Assembly: GCA_051362555.1 (NCBI GenBank)
Contig: CM120640.1
Coordinates: 59,684,788 to 59,748,787, forward strand
Length of the DNA: 64,000 nt
Direction: 5' to 3'
Origin: Lingula anatina
Lineage: Eukaryota > Animalia > Brachiopoda
Shown: positions 34,201 through 45,062 of the stretch, piece after piece
Position numbering within the stretch: position 1 is the stretch's first letter
Layout: every line of letters begins with the position of its first letter
The notes under the pieces: model-generated
What the model was told of the DNA's origin: nothing
Database searches by the model: none
What the model saw: the letters and a program-made list of their open reading frames with translations, nothing else
Position numbers and translations under genes: made by a program

Positions 34201-37200
34201 GCTCGAAGTAGCGGAGTCAAGTAAATCGGTGATTTACCGTTGGTAAGAGTAGCGATCATCGCTCCTGCGTCCTCATAGATTACTTTCTAATCACCCGTAA
34301 TTAACGCAGTCAGGAATAAGCGCTCAAATAGGGGTTTTTGTATCAGGGAAAATTTTAGTATTAATCTTATGTTATTATGTATCTGTATTATGTAATCATG
34401 TAACTCATTTTCCCAAGGCAACCACCAATTATGACGACCATTAATGAAGTTCTCTGCTACACTCTCTCCTCATGATCACTTGCTCGATCGTGAAACCCTG
34501 GAGGTGTTGTATATATATATTTGGGGTAGTTTACTATAGCATGCTACACTCTCCTCATGATCAGCTGCTCGATCGTGAAATCTGGAGTGAAACCCATGGT
34601 TTATCTAACAATGGTTTAAATAAATAAAAAGGGTGTCACGGAGGTGAAGCTGCTTAACTCATAAGAATAACGAACGAAAAAATACGATGAACATTTAATA
34701 AACCACGAAGCACGTATGTTTTGACCGTTATCGCCTTTTTTTACATAAGATGTCTCAACAAGAAGGCAGATGTAGTCCTATTTGTCTTTTGTTGGTGATT
34801 CTTGATCTGCTTCAGGTGGCTGAGATTAGTTGATCGGTGATGCACCTTTGGTAAGAGTAGCAATCATCACTCCTGCGTTCTAACGGATTACTTTCCAACC
34901 CCCCATAATTAACGCAGCCAGGAATAGGCGCTGAAATAGGGGGTATTAAATCAGGAATTAATTTTTGTAATTATGTATCCGTAAAATAAGAATCGTAACA
35001 TTATCACGTATTTTTCCTGATGGAAAATATCATAATTTATGCACACTGATCGAATTATAAAGAAAATCTCCAGATTTAAACAAAGGTCAGTCAAGTATCA
35101 CTCATCCCAGGCTGCAGGGCAGATATAGAGAATTGAATGAAGCGCCAGTGATCTGGCAACCCTACAAATTTGTCATAATGATTCATGGGCAAACAATAGA
35201 AGCATGAAATTAACACCTTTTACAGTGTGAATGACGACACCTTATGAGGCTTTTGTTTCTTCCCCTGGGTTGGTATTACAAAGTAAGTATGTTGACGTAA
35301 GTGTGTTGACTTTTGCATGTTCAAAGGAACAATGGAAATGTCATTTCAAAACAAAGAGCCACATTTCCCTACTTAGGTGGCCAAAATATTGTCAATGAAA
35401 CGCAAAAAAGACAAAATCACCAGCTGTTACTGACTGAGTCTAACTCAAATGCAAAAAGGTACGCACAGCGACAAAGCGCTATTGTAAACAATGACCCGAC
35501 GATGAGATTAATAAGATGTATAAAATGACTATTTGTACTATAAATCTGTACCCCTGCCCCTACTTGTATATTATTACACACACAAGGCCACCCTATACCA
35601 GAGTTACAGATTGATTTTTCATTACACAGTCTCTTGCACTGAAGAAAAATACTCATAATTAATTTGCGGCCCTAGTAGAGGGTCTTCTCTTGCTTTCTCT
35701 CAAATCAAAATAAACTAGCAAACATGAAAATTGGCAAAATGTATTAGAATGTAAAGTGTTGCGAACCCTTTAAACAAGGTGAATGGTAATATGCACGTTT
35801 AGACAAATTTTAATTTTAATTTCAATTAAATTTAATTTTAATTAAAATTGATATTACCAAAATTAGTAAATGTCGTTTGCGTCATGTATCAATATTTTTG
35901 CGCATAATAGTACCTACGTTATAAACATTCAGCACAGATATTTGGAAGGCCGCTCTTTTGTTGTTTATATCAAAGGAAAACTATTTGATACCCATCGTAT
36001 GAATCATTATACCATGTTAAGAGATTAGCATACTAATTTATGTCCCCAGTAATAATAACTTTAACAATAAGAACAAACCTTCCTACTTTGCTTTCCGTTG
36101 CAAAAACAATTAGCCACGACTGTTTTATATATTAATAGATATTTATAATAATGACAATTTCAAAATCTTCAAAAGCACCGACAGGGACACGAACTCCCGT
36201 CAGGCAGGTTGCAGATGACTCAACGACGTTAACCGTTGTTCCACCAATTCTATTCTTCACGCACAGAGATATCGACAGCTCTGTATTGCCGCGCATGCCG
36301 AAGCTTTGCGGAAATTGCCGAAGGCTAGGAAAATTCTTCAAAATATACTTTTATTACATTTAATCACCGACAAATCTCCGGTAGAAAAAATCCATTTACG
36401 CTTTTGTAAAGAACTCCTAGGTGTACATTCTAAAAGTACAAACCAAGCTGTCAGAGGAGAACTCGGTAGGCTACCAGTGTCCTTTAAAATCCAAACACAA
36501 CTTATAAAATTTTGGCAAAAAATATTAAACTCGGAAGATAATAGTTTGTTGAAACAGGCCTACCTAGATGAAATAGAAAATTACAAACTTTTAAACACAT
36601 CCAACCTTACAGAGATAAAGCAGGAACACATGTCATGGTGCGAAGGTGTGAGACAAATACTTTTTGAGAATGGCTTTGGTGATGTGTGGCTAGGCCAAAG
36701 ATATGATAAAAACTTTATCCAGCGGTTTAGGGAAAGAATCAGGGACAGAATAACACAAGAATGGCAGAGAGACATAACTAACACCAAGTCCAAATTACAA
36801 GTTTATTGTCAATACAAGAACAAATGTATGAAGGAAAGATACTTAGATACAATTAAAGATAGAGATAAATGCACCACTTTAACCAGATTCCGCATAAGTG
36901 CACACAACCTAGGTATTGAAACAGGTAGACATGAAAAAATTCCCCAAGCTGACAGAATTTGCAAAAAGTGCCATTCTGGTGAAATAGAAGATGAAATCCA
37001 TTTCCTAGTGTCATGCCCCCTTTATACAGACCTTCGATATGATCTTTATTCAATATACAAAAAACAACATAGTCACTTTGAGCACCTTACCAGAATGGAT
37101 AAATTTAAAACACTAATGACTGGTAAGAAGAACGAACACATTATTGCTCTTGCCAAGTATTTATGGTTAGCCTTCCAAAAAAGGGACTGTGCTGCACCCA

Positions 37201-40200
37201 TAACCAGTTGAGTAGGTAGAGCCATTTGGGCTCTGCCAAATATGTTTTGTATTTTTCATACAAGGAGTCATACAATATCACTATTGATCATAATTCATAT
37301 TTATATATATTTGCATTCCTTTGTACATTTTCATCTATTCATGTAGATGCATACGTTACAATGAATAAAGTTTAATCAAATCCAGTCTCCCACTGCCCTG
37401 AGGTATGGCTAAAGGCTTTCAGTTGTCATCAGACTTTGTAATTTGGGAGAAAAAAGTGAAACAGTAACTTCTGGTGATGAATAATAGGTAATAGTGCTGC
37501 AAGGTGTTGTTTTTTATCCCTCTTAACGTATGAAAATATGCAGGTTTTCTGATATAATAAGACTTTGATAAAATCAAAACCAATAATACTTTAAAGTCGA
37601 GAGTCGGGATAAATATCGGCAAGGTGGAGATATGTCCCGCCGGCGCTTCCGCAACAGCAAGACTGAAGGACGCAAGTTACAAAGCAAAACATGTTTAGTC
37701 AAGTTAAAGACTTAATTACCGGTTTAACTTCGGCGGCAGTGCCTACTGCTGTGAGCAACATGCGCTGTCCATCGTAATCCCCCTATCATTAACACTGTCG
37801 GGGACGTGCGCATTAGCGCGTCTGATGTAGACAGCGTGTGCTATTAAAGTGACCGGGGACTTATTAGCTATAGTGTAGTTTTTGAAAGATCTGCAAACAA
37901 ATAAGGTAACTCACAGAAGACTAAATATTCTGATTTTATGTATTTCTCTTTTAAGAAATAGAAATTCTGTTCCAAGAATTTTGTATGCAGTGTTCTCCCA
38001 GCTTAATGATGAATGAGACAGTATTTAAGAAGTATTTACTCAGCAAAGGAGCCAAAGAAGAAGACCTTACAGATTATTTCAGGTACATTGTACCATAACT
38101 TGCTGTTTTCTGATTGTAACATCATGCTTACCTGAATACAACAGAAAAGGGGGTGATACCAGCTGTCTTTAAGATTTGTCCTAATGACTAATGTTTCACT
38201 CTATCAATTTAATATAGATGAAAAACATAAAAACACAAAGTCTTTCAAAAAAGTAAACAAGTTAAATTTTCTCTTGCTTAAGTAATACACTATCTTTATG
38301 TTAGCGTGAGCCTAACATTACATAGACACTAATTGCTTATATATATTCCTGTTTAATAAAAGAATTTTTGCTGACATTAATTGAAAGTTCTATTCAATTG
38401 TAGGGCCTTTGATGTGCACCACAGAAAAATGTTAACTTTTAAAGAAGTGTTATTAGGCTTGGCATCTCTAGACCCTGTAACACAACATGGTGGCACACCA
38501 GCAGAGATGAGATGTCGGTACATGTTCAGGTTTTATGATAAAAATGGAGATGGTTATCTACAGTTTGACGAATTCAAGTATGTTTATTTTTAAGTTTTAG
38601 ACAGTGGCATTCTTTAGGTGCTGATTTTTTTTTTTTGTCAGAAATGTGTGAAATGTTTGTTTTTTTTTAAGGATTTGTTGCTTTTAATTGATATAGAAGT
38701 GACAAGACTGAGGTTTAAAAAAAAATCTTATTATGTTGATGCTGTGGTTAGTAATATTAGCTGTAGCCATATAACAGTAATATAATCACATGAGTGATAG
38801 AATATAGTTTCATTGCTTAGCAATATTATTATGAAAATGATATTTTTCTTCATTTTTTAGAAAAATAGTGCTTGACATAAGATATAGCAAAGGGCAGACA
38901 ATGAGTGAAAAAGAAGTTGAGAATGAAGCCATAGAAAATGCCAAGTATGAACATTAATTTTTTTGTTTAAAAGGAAAAGCGAGTATTTGTATTTGTCTGA
39001 TCATGTAGATGTATATATTTTATTTAAACAACTGAAAGCACTAGTTCATGTATATTCTTTTAAATATTTAAAAATGCAAGCACAAGCTACCAGATGATGT
39101 TGCTGTCATGTGCATATTATCTTATAAGAACAAAACAAAGTTAATTTTCTGATAGAATACAAGTACTTATGCTTGGAAAATTTATATTTATTCATTTTCC
39201 AGAGTATTTGGGAAAGAAACCAAAGAAAAACTCCCTCTAACAGATTTTTTGACTGCGGTAGGTCAACTCAAGTTCAGAGGTACTTCATCTCTGTTCAGGC
39301 TACCAAATTCCTGTATACCAAGGAATAAGAGGAAAAGGTAAATTGAGCGTGTTAACAACTACATGGGTATGACAAGCAATTCATTATGGAAAATGTTTGA
39401 AAATCACATACTTTGGTTCTGACATTTTGATATCCATATTTTTATTTTTACTTTCCAAAACAAATTCTGTGCTAGTCTTGTAATCTCAATCAGCTTATCT
39501 AGTGCATATTTAAAGATTCATATAAAGCAAACATGGATTTCCAGACACACATATAAGCCACTTATACTAGTGTGAAAATAGTTTCATTTGATCTCAGTTT
39601 TGATCGTCAGAAAGTTTTCGTTTATGATAGATCCAGATATTTGATTTACCTGTTGACTGTTTCGTCTGTTCAACCTGACAGACTTGGTCACAACTGAATT
39701 ACCTGTTCAGGTGAAGGTGAACAGGTAATTACCTCAGTCTTGTTCAGTTGTGACCAAGTCTGTCAGAGTGGGGGCACTACCTCTCAAAAACCAGTTGGAT
39801 TACCCCCAATTTTTTTTTTTTTTTCATATTTTTTACTCATATGGTGAGTTGATTTTGTTGTACTATTTTTTTTTTCAAAACCGCTAGGGCAGAAATGGTG
39901 TATCTGAAATATGAGAGAACACCTTAAATGCATCTTTAATGTGAACTTTTTCAATTTATGCAGAGCCACTCCAAAGAAGAATGAGGATGGTCTCAGCCCA
40001 CCTAATAATAAAAGGTCAAGGTCTGACATCCTGAACACCACAGATAATTTCAACACAAGGAGCAGTTCTCCAGACAAGGCTGATGGTAAGTGTGCATTGT
40101 TAATTTAAGGGTTTGGTTTATCCAGTTAGCTCCTTTTGAATTAAAAAGAGTATAGAGGATAAATTTTTGATGTGTATGAATATTTCAGACTGAAAGCAAC

Positions 40201-40305
40201 TGATTATTATTAAATGAATAGTGATAAATTTTTCAGTCATTCTTTTGCTTGCTGTTCTAATAATTATGTAAATTAAAATTAAATCTGCTCTCTCTCTCGC
40301 TCTCG

Positions 40306-40338
<33 letters not shown>

Positions 40339-43300
40339 CATATATTTCTACATGTTAGTACACACATACTTTATCAACCACTGCAAATGAACCTTTGCTG
40401 TTTTCTTTTACTGGTGTTTGAGTGTCTGTTTGAATGTATTGAACCAATAATGTTTGTCTTCGGACTAGATGCAGAAGACATCCCAATATTTGCTTCCCCT
40501 TTAACCCCAGGCCCCTTGTCTGTGGACTCCAAATATGAGTTGGCAACACACACAGTTAAAGTACGCAGGACTGGAACTCTTTCGGATGTCAGTGCATTGT
40601 GGGATTTGCAAGGTTGGAAAACAGTTTACTTGGTAAAATATTAATGAGTATGAAGTCATATTTTAAACTGACAGCAAAATCTATATATTATGTAGAATTG
40701 TAAAAAGGCAGACACTAGAGTTGCTAATATTCAGTGGAGCAATATATATATGATAATTGCTTTCAAATCAAAATTATCATATTTGTAGGTACATCAACAG
40801 GTATAGCAGATGTAGATCTCACAGCAGAACGAACAAGGTTTCACAGAATGCCTTCATTAGATTCCTTTAACCAGGTGCCTGATGATAATTAACTTGATTA
40901 TATTTTGTTTAAATATCTTTTGTAAATTATGTTATTTTCTGAGATGAATTTGATTAAAAAATTATGTTGTCTTAGTCTTTATCTAAATGTACACTTTTAT
41001 TTGCAAACACAGTTGTGTACATGTGTGTACAACTAATGTGTGTTTGTGTGTGTGTGTATGTGACAGATTTCCTGTTGTTGCTTCCAGAAGTCTCACTCCA
41101 ATGAAATGCTAACTGGACTGAGGTATTTTGAAAGAACAATCAAGGCAACCAATGGAGGTCAAGCAAAGGTTAGTTCTGCAATGAAAAGAGATGTTATTTT
41201 GTTATGCTTGTCAGATCATTTGTAAGGTTGCCTTTATTATTTATTTATTTGATTTTTTAAAACTTTATTCATATTTTTGTTTGTTTGATATATTTTCTGA
41301 TTTTTATATTTTTAGATGTATATTTTTGAGCTCTTTAAAACAACAAAAAAATTAATATCTCTTATTTTTCAGGCGGCTTTTGACTGGGGACAAGTAGACA
41401 AAAATGCTCTTGCTAAATGTTTACTGGCATTATGTAGACAAGCTAAAGTGACCTTGGCAGCAGAACCAAGATTACTGCGACTCAAGTCACCAACTTACAT
41501 TCTAGGTAAGACAAAAGCCATTTTGCCGGGAATGTTTCATTTTATGCCCAGGTAGTAATATAAATAGTCAGAATGTGACCAGAGAGGTTGGTTAGAAATG
41601 ATTTGATTCAATGTTTGTGTGATAAACCATTTGCCGTCCTCAGGGATAAAAATAACAATTTTAGTTAAGAATAAAAAGGTTAGATACAGTTTGTTTATTA
41701 ATTGGAAAATTTAGCTTTGATGAGGCTTTTTATGGTATTTTAAACAAATGGATTTATACCTGAGTATCTGATGTTTACAAGATCTTACTAAATTCTGTCA
41801 CTCTAGGAGATATCCATGGCAATTACAGAGACTTGGTATGTTTTGAGAAGGTTTTATGGCGTATGGGACCCATGCTTACTCCTTCAACATTTTTATTTCT
41901 TGGAGACTATGTAGACAGAGGAGAGTTCGGGGTAGAGGTGAGACTTGATATTTTATGCAGACTCATCAAGTAAAAACTTTCTGAGGAGAAAATGGAGTGT
42001 GTGTTGTTGGTATTAAAATCAGATGATGTTGAAAATGAGAAAAAATAATAAGTAGCAGCAATGCCAGTGGCTTTTGACTTTTTTTACCTGAAAATGCAAT
42101 CTTAAAGTTATGTACAATATAATGAATTTCCATTTAATTAAAGAATGCTTTTAATTATGCTTAAAAGAATTTCCTACTCAAATGTACCTAGATTAAAGAA
42201 ATTTGAATGAAAGTGTGAGCAACTGATTTAGAGGTAATGATTATAAAGTTCAAAGAATATGTATTGTTAAATGCCTAGCAATAATTACTTATGTATAAGC
42301 TGACCGAATGTTTTATGCTTTGTAGGATTTAAGGCTTTCAGCAGATTAAAAGTTCTATGCAAAACTTGAATTAATGTTATGCAAAGATCTTCCAAATTAA
42401 GAATTGATTTAGCTGAAGTCTCAATTTAAATAGAATTTTCAGTTTGGAATATCTTCTTCTATTTGTGACACTTTTAGTCTGAGTATTTCCACGGTCTAAT
42501 GTGATTGGTTCCATATAAGTAAATTTTATTATTTAGGTTGTGGCATACCTGCTGGCACAGAAATTGCTGGGTCCTAGCAAGTTCTACTTGTTACGCGGCA
42601 ACCATGAACTCAGATCTGTGCAGCAAATGTTTCAGTTTAAAAAGTAAGATGCCCTTGATGAATTAATAATATTTACTCAATTTCTTTTCATTTTTTTTAT
42701 TTTCTCTTTAACTACTTGATTGAATAAGACGTAGTAGAACAGAGGTTTACAACTGCAATTATATATTTCACTGCATATTTTTCATTGCCAATGCAAGTTC
42801 TGCTTTAATTTCAGTGAATGCATCACCAAATTTGGTGACAATGTTGGTGTCCAGGTGTGGGAAGCAGTCAATGACTGCTTTGATGCTATGCCTGTGGCAG
42901 CAACAGTAGACAATAAGGTGAGATGACAAGGTATAAGATTAAAGAGATTAAATGTATCACAAATAAATGTATTATGATGATGATGATGATGATGTTCATG
43001 TCCTTGACAAAAAAGGAGAAAACTATTCTTTTTTATTTTCAGATCTTCTGTGTTCATGGAGGAATTCCATCACCAGAGCATGGTGGAGGAAGCATTGAAG
43101 CAATTAACAGTGTACCAGTCCCTCTGAGAGACCCAGAAACTGAGAGTCCACTGGCTTGGGACATTATGTGGAGTGATCCTGTACAGTTAGTATCTGTTAT
43201 CCTGGTATCACTAAGATATCAGTGGATAAGATAAATTATACCCTGTTGGACATGCTTTCAACAACAAAATTTTAGTAATGAGTGTAGCCATCTTCCTTGA

Positions 43301-44027
43301 AGGCTAATATTTTGTGCTTTTGGCTAAAATTTATATGTAAAGAAGAGAGGTGTCTGTTTATATGTTTTGTGAAGCACAACTTAGCCAGCTGAGTGTTAGT
43401 GACCAAAAACCGACTGCGCATTGCTGTGCATTTGTTTGTTGCAGTTGCGCAGCCATTGTTTGCTTGTTTGTTTTAGTTTGGAGATGACTTCACCTGAAAT
43501 TCTACAAAACTTAAAAAAGAACAAAGGTTTCATTCACAACACACGTAGGGGTACTGCCTACTTCTTCAGTTGTGAGGCACTGATAGAATTTCTAGAGAGA
43601 AACCATTTGTCCCATGTAGTCCGTGCCCACGAAGTGCAGCAGGTTGGATTCCAGGTACAGATTTGAACATAAATTGCTTAATTTAATGAACATCCTCAGC
43701 TGTCACCAAATGAGACATTTTCCCTAGGGAGACTTCATGAAAAGTTGTTTTTAAACAGGGCAGGGTCTAAAATCTGGTGTGCACAAATGATTATTGGTTG
43801 TCTTAAACCAAAAAACTGTGATATTTAGTAAATAAATAGTTTGACCACGTGTGATCTCAGGGTTGTGTACAGTGATATTATCCTCAATTTCTCATTGGTA
43901 GGTTCAGCAAAGGGGAAAGCTGCTGACAGTGTTTTCCTCATCCAGATACTGTGGTGGATCCAATGAAGCAGCATGTGTCCTGGCTGACAGTAACAAGCTC
44001 AGAATGATACGACTAGATACGACATGA
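31295..44027 (+). CDS. PPP-family Ser/Thr protein phosphatase with N-terminal degenerate Nudix-like domain and NCS/CnB-like EF-hand module, 821 aa, 19 exons
   Basis: Exons 31295-31522, 32249-32371, 32595-32712, 33275-33397, 37956-38082, 38404-38577, 38861-38944, 39203-39337, 39964-40085, 40469-40612, 40789-40874, 41088-41168, 41373-41505, 41807-41937, 42537-42643, 42815-42917, 43043-43185, 43477-43654, 43902-44027; phases consistent, 2466 nt. PPP motifs GDIHG, GDYVDRG, RGNHE, HGG, WSDP, RAHE, FSSSRYC. Canonical EF loop [12 protein letters not shown]. Nudix-like [28 protein letters not shown]. Confidence 0.9.
31821..31963. repeat. Fold-back/MITE-like inverted repeat in phosphatase intron 1
   Basis: TCCTGATATGTATGCT ... 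AGCATACATATCAGGA inner arms, with outer CTAGCA...TGCTAG. Confidence 0.6.
33062..33230. mobile_element. 169-bp hAT-like MITE
   Basis: TIR (T)AGGCCCGTAGCCAG ... CTGGCTACGGGCCTG; exact 5-bp TSD CATTG (33057-33061 and 33231-33235). Confidence 0.8.
33920..34980. repeat. Diverged ~500-bp tandem duplication in phosphatase intron 4, probably transposon-derived
   Basis: CAACCACC.ATTAT.ACGACCATTAATGA...GCTACACTC at ~33921 and ~34419; TTGGTAAGAGTAGC.ATCATC...TAATTAACGCAG at ~34240 and ~34848. Confidence 0.7.
36367..37370 (+). mobile_element. 5'-truncated CR1/L2-type LINE (3' part of ORF2, open to stop at 37211)
   Basis: [15 protein letters not shown]...[31 protein letters not shown]...ICKKC...[13 protein letters not shown]; AATAAA near the 3' end; TTTAATCA on both flanks (36359-36366, 37371-37378). 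Confidence 0.85.
39675..39766. repeat. Near-perfect hairpin (24-bp arms plus nested 13-bp inverted repeat)
   Basis: CTGACAGACTTGGTCACAACTGAA ... TTCAGTTGTGACCAAGTCTGTCAG; inner AATTACCTGTTCA / TGAACAGGTAATT. Confidence 0.85.
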
Positions 44028-45062
44028 TGTGGCATTTGATGCTGCTTTTACCATGATACACATCTCCTGTTAACTTTAAAGATATTAAGTCGCCAAGTTG
44101 GATTGAAGTAATGTAATACAAGCAAGTAATCCTTGTAGACTGAACTACTTGGGTACAAGGATGGCATTGCCATTTTTTGGATTTACTGGTAAATAAACCA
44201 AATAACTGACATCTAAGTGTGCGCAAAATGTGATGTGATGCAAAACCCATAAAAGAAGAATTCAGTAACTGATGTATGGGGATTAAATGGCTGTGATCTT
44301 GGCTTGGCAAGCTCATGTGGTTGAAAGTGTGTTACCATTTGCGAAGGTTTTGAAAGTTTTAAATTTCAGAACAAGAATTTTGATAGCCAGGTTGACTGGG
44401 CAGGTCCCAAGATGACTTTTGATTTTTTTCTTTTAATAAATAAGGCAATTCGAGCAAAAATCTTTCATGAAATGTTGATATTTTAACAATTTCTCTGTCA
44501 CTTGTCAAGTATTTCATGTATCTGAGCCTAAAAGAAAATTTCACTAGCTGCTTGGATGTGTGTTCTTTGGATAGTTACTTATTTACTATAACAATCATCC
44601 AATTCTATTCATGAAAAATTTCATATTTATTTATCATCAGTACCTTTATGTAAAATGATGTCATTCAGGAGTGAGAATATTTTTACTAAAGCACTGTACA
44701 TTCCCTCTCACTTGATTCACACACATAATATCAATTGTTACACTCATGAAGTAGTTTTCAGGATTTCAGAAAACTCAGATGTCTTTATGTGGAATGATGA
44801 AGAGCAAAAATATTTACTGTTTGCTAAAAAATTCATCAGTTGTGAGTTGCTATTGTCATCTTTTAATAATAAATTTTTTTCTTCATTTTCAACTTAACTG
44901 GCATACTTTTCTTTTTCACGTAAATACGTAGGAATAGATAATAAAAATTATTATAGAAAATATATCAGTAAATGAAAAAATGGCACAATAGCCCTTTAGA
45001 TAATATATCAGTAAATGAAAAAATGGCACAATAGCCCTTTAGTACATTCAAATCTGATCTCT

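Noticed and set aside
36306-37211. 301-aa ORF as a host gene
   Set aside because: It is the truncated 3' part of a LINE ORF2 within phosphatase intron 4; the ORF starts at a non-ATG codon in flanking sequence and lacks the RT core.
33622-37880. A single 4.2-kb CACT...AGTG-terminated or Helitron element spanning most of phosphatase intron 4
   Set aside because: Terminal similarity is only a few bases and there is no clear CTRR end after the GC-rich hairpin at ~37803; boundaries cannot be supported.
31295-44027. Calling the phosphatase PPEF/rdgC, calcineurin A or BSU1/PPKL
   Set aside because: EF-hands precede rather than follow the catalytic domain, the protein ends right after the catalytic domain, and no IQ, CnB-binding tail or Kelch repeats are seen.
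44955-45042. ~42-bp direct duplication between the convergent 3' ends
   Set aside because: Simple local slippage duplication with no evidence of function.
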